Under the pieces are notes generated by a model. That model did no database searches. It worked only from the letters and a program-made list of their open reading frames with translations, and was not told where the DNA came from. From assembly GCA_965198005.1 (NCBI GenBank), contig CBDAOI010000004.1, positions 1,344,001 to 1,408,000 of the forward strand: a stretch of DNA of 64,000 nucleotides. Direction: 5' to 3'. The stretch is from Spirochaetia bacterium (GTDB lineage: Bacteria > Spirochaetota > Spirochaetia > SZUA-6 > Bin103). Positions 59,811 through 64,000 of the stretch are shown here, piece after piece (within the stretch, counting starts at the first letter, position 1; each line of letters opens with the position of its first letter). The position numbers and the translations under genes were made by a program.

Positions 59811-60319
59811 TGTTACATCTCAAGTATAATCGTCGCACCGGCATGGCCTCCACACTCCTCTCCTTCCTTGGGCAGCCGCAGACTGAAAACCGCCGAGGGG
59901 CGCTGGCGCGGCGGACGCCGTCGCTGGTCAAGCGCAGCTCGCTGGTGGTGTTGTTCCCCGAGCGGCCTGCCGCCGGTCGGTGGGGAGCGGGCTCACAGCT
60001 GGTGTTCGCTGTGGCGACGAGTATCGAGAGTGCACCGATGAGAGACGTACGAGAGACCAGCGTCGAGATCGGTGCGGTCGCCGGTCGCCCGGCTCAACAC
60101 CTGGCGCGCTTCTTGAGCCAGCTCTACGGGCCCCCTCGCTATACTTCGCCGACTCGATCCTCGGTGCCCTGACGCTCCACAGCTTCGCTATGGATGATGC
60201 CCTGACGCTACGACGTGGGGCGCCACTCCGAGCTGACCGGCCAGGCCACGCCCATCCACAGCCCGGCGCCCGTACGACCTGGTCGGCCGCGTTCCGGGCG
60301 CGCCTCCGGAGTACCGACG

Positions 60320-61238
60320 GCTCCCGGCCCACGACGTCCCTGTCGCGGGCCGGGAGCTACATGCCACCCGTGGCGGCAGGGAGGGCGCCACGGGTGGAGG
60401 TCACCGTGCATCCGGCGTGACACCGCGCGTTGGCGGTCGGGCGCGCACCCACGGCTCGGCGCTGTTGACAGGGTGGCCACGCCCACCCATAGCAAGCTTG
60501 CCTCGCCTGGGGTTCGACGGATCGATGATGACGCGCCATGACGACAGTCAGCGCAGTGGCCGGTGGCCGGTGATGTTCGGTGACGGCGGTGACGCGGTGA
60601 CGTCCGAGTCGTTGACAGGGTGGTCGCGCCCACGCTAGCATGCCTCGCTTGGGGCGACGGATGCCGATGAAGCGCCATGATGACAGTCAGCGCAGTGACG
60701 GGTTGCCGGTGACCTTCGCTTACCCCGGTGACCCCCACGAGTCGTTGACGGCGCGCCGCGCCTAGGCTAGCGTGCCTCACTTGGGGTTCGACGGATGGTC
60801 ATGAAGCGTCACGATGACAGGCAGCGCAGTGACCGGTTCGCTGTGACGCGACCGGTGCATCATACCCCCCCCCCCCCCCACTTTTTCGAACCGAGAAACA
60901 ACTAACCGCTCCGGCTGATCGCTCCGTACGCGACCCCGCGCACGCGGTCGCCTTCACCACCGCCGTAGCTATCGGTGGCACCGGCTCCGTCCATCGCCGA
61001 ACCGGCATGCGGGCCGCCCGCGCCGTTATCGTCGACCGCGACCGTGCCGGATCCCCGCCCGCGACTGACTGCCCGCAAAACCCACCGCCGGCGTTGCCGG
61101 TCAACGCGAGGCACCCCGACATGGGGAAGCAACAACCGCTCCCAGCCCACGACGTCCCTGTCGCGGGCCGGGAGCTGCATGCCACCCGTGGCGGCAGGGA
61201 GGGCGCCACGGGTGGAGGTCACCGTTCATCCGGCGTGA
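60320..61238 (+). repeat. Array B: tandem units + C15 + conserved leader, flanked by 101-bp direct repeats
   Basis: ATG units at 60528, 60667, 60801; C15 at 60865-60879; direct repeats 60320-60420 and 61138-61238 (3 mismatches). Confidence 0.9.
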
Positions 61239-61267
61239 TACTGGGTGCGGAACGCACGCGCACTCTC

Positions 61268-61610
61268 TCAAACCGACGTGGCGCCGCTGCCAGCGGCGAT
61301 CCCTTCTTGCTCGGTGTATTGCAGAACGGCAGCACTCGGCGAAGCGCCGTGGGCTGAGTAAGCAGCGTCTGCGTATGGCTGGGGTTTGACCTGGCGGCCG
61401 GCGGCGGCGATGACGGGCATCTCCTGCGCGCCAAAACCGGTGACGGCTGGATTCAGCGCATAGACCCGGTCGGGATAGTCAGCCTGAACGAGCTTGAGAT
61501 CGCCAATGTCACCTCGTTCCAGGATGGCTCGCGCATGCTCGATTGCGGGGAAACACCGCGTCCACATCCCTTCCTGGCAGAAGAGTCCGGCCTTGTCCGC
61601 GGCGTGGGAC
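61268..61610 (-). pseudogene. Gfo/Idh/MocA oxidoreductase fragment
   Basis: GLFCQEGMWTRCFPAI..GDIGDLKLVQAD. Confidence 0.65.
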
Positions 61611-61619
61611 TGCCGGCCA

Positions 61620-61990
61620 CCCGATGCCAGTCGATCGGCGTCTCCGGATCGCAAGTGCGTAACGAAACCGCGAGGCGCCGATCGTCGCTCGTCTGCGTCG
61701 CGTGTATGGTGTTGAGGCTCAGCAGCAGCAGGTCACCAGGCCCCACCTCCGGCGTCTCCACAACATCCTCGATTTCGAGGTCCTCGTCATGCCAGAGGAC
61801 CCCACTCCAGTCGGAAAAGTACAAGGTGCCCCCGTCACGAAGCGGGAACAGTCTACTCGCGCCCGCGCGCCGACAGAGGTTGAACACTCGTGGCGACTTT
61901 TCGGGAAGCCGATCCCAGGGAATCAGGTGCAGTCCCGCCTCGGTGCGGGCAGGCTTGACCAACGGAATCCAGTAATTGAGATGGGTCCGA
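61620..61990 (-). pseudogene. 2OG-Fe(II)/PhyH-like dioxygenase fragment
   Basis: NYWIPLVKP..PEVGPGDLLLL..IHATQ..RLAVSLR. Confidence 0.55.
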
Positions 61991-62000
61991 TCGTACTCGG

Positions 62001-62495
62001 TCAGGAAGAAGGAGGTGCGGTGAAGCCGCTGCCCAACCCCAAAAGACGGTGAAAGTTATATTCGATATCTTGGGCCGTCAGCTCGCGGCCGTTCATCGGT
62101 GCCTTATTATGCCAGCGAACCCCTTCGCGTATTTTGAAGACTATCGTGGTGGCGTCCGGCGTTTCCCAGCTTTCCGCTAGTCGACCGGTAAGAACGGATT
62201 CGGGGAAGTAGCTGAAAGCACCGGTAAGGTCATACACGTCCCTGTCGATTCCCCAGTTGACCATGCCCAGCTTCTCGGCAACACCATCAACTTCCCCACC
62301 GAACAGCGGGTCAGTCGTCGGACTTTCCCGGTTGGCGAAGGTGAATGTCCCGCCGTACTCCGGCGCGGTCACCATCTTGCCGGTCGTCGGATCGAGCACC
62401 ATTTCCCTTTCGGCGGCGGACGCCGAGTCGTCTGGTTCGCTGCCGCCCCCCGCAAACGCAGCGGTCGCCACCAGCGCGAACGCCAGTGTGATCGA
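62001..62495 (-). pseudogene. N-terminal fragment of ABC substrate-binding protein (start deleted)
   Basis: ALVATAAFAGG..PEYGG..LAESWETPD..MNGRELTAQD..LGLGSGF, then stop. Confidence 0.85.
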
Positions 62496-63459
62496 TATCC
62501 GTGGCTTCCAATCTTTCCCCGACTTTCTTAATCGACTTCGAGCCATGGACACCCAGACGACCGACGCCGCCCTTCAGCCTAGGATCAAGAAGGTCCCTTA
62601 CCGCATCGCCGAACATGCTCAGACTGTAGACGACAATCGTCAGGCAAAGCCCTGGCCAGAGCGCCAGCCGTGGTGCCATCTCCATGTACTGTTTTCCACC
62701 CCGGCTGAGCAGACCTCCCCACTCAGGAAGCTGGACTGGCAGACCGAATCCGAGGAAGCTCAGAGAAGCCGCACTCAGGATTACGCCTCCGATGCTTATG
62801 GTGAATATGATGATTACGACAGGCATAATATTGGGCAGGACATGTCGGATAAGTGTTCGCCATCTTGAACTACCAGTCGCCTCCGCCGCCTGAAAATAGA
62901 CATTCTCTTTTAAACCAATAACGGCGCCTCTGACTACTCTTGAGCCGCCGATGCCTCCCGATATCCCCAGGACTAGTATTACCTGTGGCACACCCCGCCC
63001 CACTATGGACATTATGGTTAACAAGAGGAGCAGTCCCGGGAAACACACCCAGGCATCGACAAATCTCTGCACAGCCAGGTCCAATTTACCACCAAGAAAC
63101 CCCGAAGTGCCGCCTATCAGGGTAGCCACCACAACATTGAGACTGGTCGCCGCCAGACCGACAGCTATCGAAAGACGAGCCCCGTAGATAAGGCGGCTCA
63201 AGAAGTCTCGCCCCAGCTGGTCGGTACCCAGGAGATACCGGGCTGATGGTCCCTGCAGCCTGTCTGCCAGGTGTGGTTCATCATATGGATAAGGAGCCAG
63301 AACATCGGCAAAGAGAGCCACAATAACTAAAATCAATAAGACAATCCCACTGGCAGTACCCAGTGGCTTCTCCCTCCACAGCCTGCTCAAGAAATCAACC
63401 GGTCCTTTACGTCTCTTTGACTCGCTTACTCGTGACGGTATCTCGGTGGCATAAGTCAC
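62311..63459 (-). CDS. DppC-type permease lacking its native stop (reads into the SBP relic)
   Basis: Complete permease to DLLDPRLKGG..LEATD, then an out-of-frame extension. Confidence 0.85.
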   Translation of the reverse strand: MTYATEIPSRVSESKRRKGPVDFLSRLWREKPLGTASGIVLLILVIVALFADVLAPYPYDEPHLADRLQGPSARYLLGTDQLGRDFLSRLIYGARLSIAVGLAATSLNVVVATLIGGTSGFLGGKLDLAVQRFVDAWVCFPGLLLLLTIMSIVGRGVPQVILVLGISGGIGGSRVVRGAVIGLKENVYFQAAEATGSSRWRTLIRHVLPNIMPVVIIIFTISIGGVILSAASLSFLGFGLPVQLPEWGGLLSRGGKQYMEMAPRLALWPGLCLTIVVYSLSMFGDAVRDLLDPRLKGGVGRLGVHGSKSIKKVGERLEATDIDHTGVRAGGDRCVCGGRQRTRRLGVRRRKGNGARSDDRQDGDRAGVRRDIHLRQPGKSDD

Positions 63460-63477
63460 GTTGTCGATCTTCCCCCT

Positions 63478-64000
63478 CTATCTATAACGGACCCTGGGGT
63501 CTAAATAGGGATAAATCAGGTCGGTAAGCAGAATGGTGAGCATAACCACGGTGGCGAAAAACAGGTTTATTCCGGAGACCACCGGGTAGTCTCTGTTATT
63601 GAGTGCCATCAGCATGAGACGACCTAGCCCCGGCAGGTTGAATATGTTCTCCATGATAACCGAGCCACCTACAAGCAGAGGCAACTGCAGGCCGATCAGG
63701 GTCACCACCGGGATGAGGGCATTCTTGATGGCGTGTCTGATAACAACCATCCTCTCCTTGAGCCCCTTTGACCAGGCCGTTCTGATATAGTCTTGCCTGA
63801 GCACCTCGAGCATCATGGTGCGCGTCATCCGCATTGTGGTTGCAGAAGAAGCCGTCCCCAGAATCAGGCTGGGAATGATGAGCACCCCGAGATTCCCCAG
63901 CGGGTCTTCGGTGAAAGGAACCCACTGAATCGGTGGCGACCAGCCCCACCAGATTGCAGGAAAGACGATCACCATCATTCCCAGCCAGAAGTTAGGGGTC
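63478..64000 (-). CDS. DppB-type permease (partial, window edge)
   Basis: PNFWLG..QDYIRTAWSKG..LDPRVRYR. Confidence 0.9.
   Translation of the reverse strand, partial: TPNFWLGMMVIVFPAIWWGWSPPIQWVPFTEDPLGNLGVLIIPSLILGTASSATTMRMTRTMMLEVLRQDYIRTAWSKGLKERMVVIRHAIKNALIPVVTLIGLQLPLLVGGSVIMENIFNLPGLGRLMLMALNNRDYPVVSGINLFFATVVMLTILLTDLIYPYLDPRVRYR

Noticed and set aside
1-64000. tRNA/rRNA genes
   Set aside because: No cloverleaf or rRNA signature recognised by eye; tRNAscan-SE/barrnap would be needed to exclude them fully

Overview
High-GC bacterial window. It is probably from a Spirochaetota member, inferred from the rnz sequence and neighbouring genes and from the 'ATGLWAxG' leaders on the ABC substrate-binding proteins (SBPs). 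About 0.3-16.9 kb is intact metabolic/core DNA: ggt, higBA, ccdA/TlpA, GATase, a MaoC-CaiB-CitE cluster, a TPP enzyme, SDR, Zn-ADH, rnz and an aldo/keto reductase. About 16.9-48.7 kb and 57.6-62.5 kb are a decayed accessory mosaic with about 11 toxin-antitoxin loci, defence-gene relics, IS1595, IS110 relics, a group II intron and many gene fragments. Within it lies one intact, uncharacterised three-gene operon (unknown protein + AAA+ ATPase + PD-(D/E)XK nuclease, 17566-20812), which is a candidate new anti-phage system. At least seven paralogous dpp/opp-type ABC cassettes or fragments are present. Their leader regions show an unusual repeated architecture: tandem promoter-like/ATG units, a poly-C tract (C20/C15/C9), a conserved 11-codon uORF with a strong SD, and hairpins with a compensatory base-pair change. 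The 3' end of argS (202 bp) is duplicated 22.6 kb upstream of the gene. No tRNA, rRNA or CRISPR array was recognised. All family calls come from motif recognition, not database searches.
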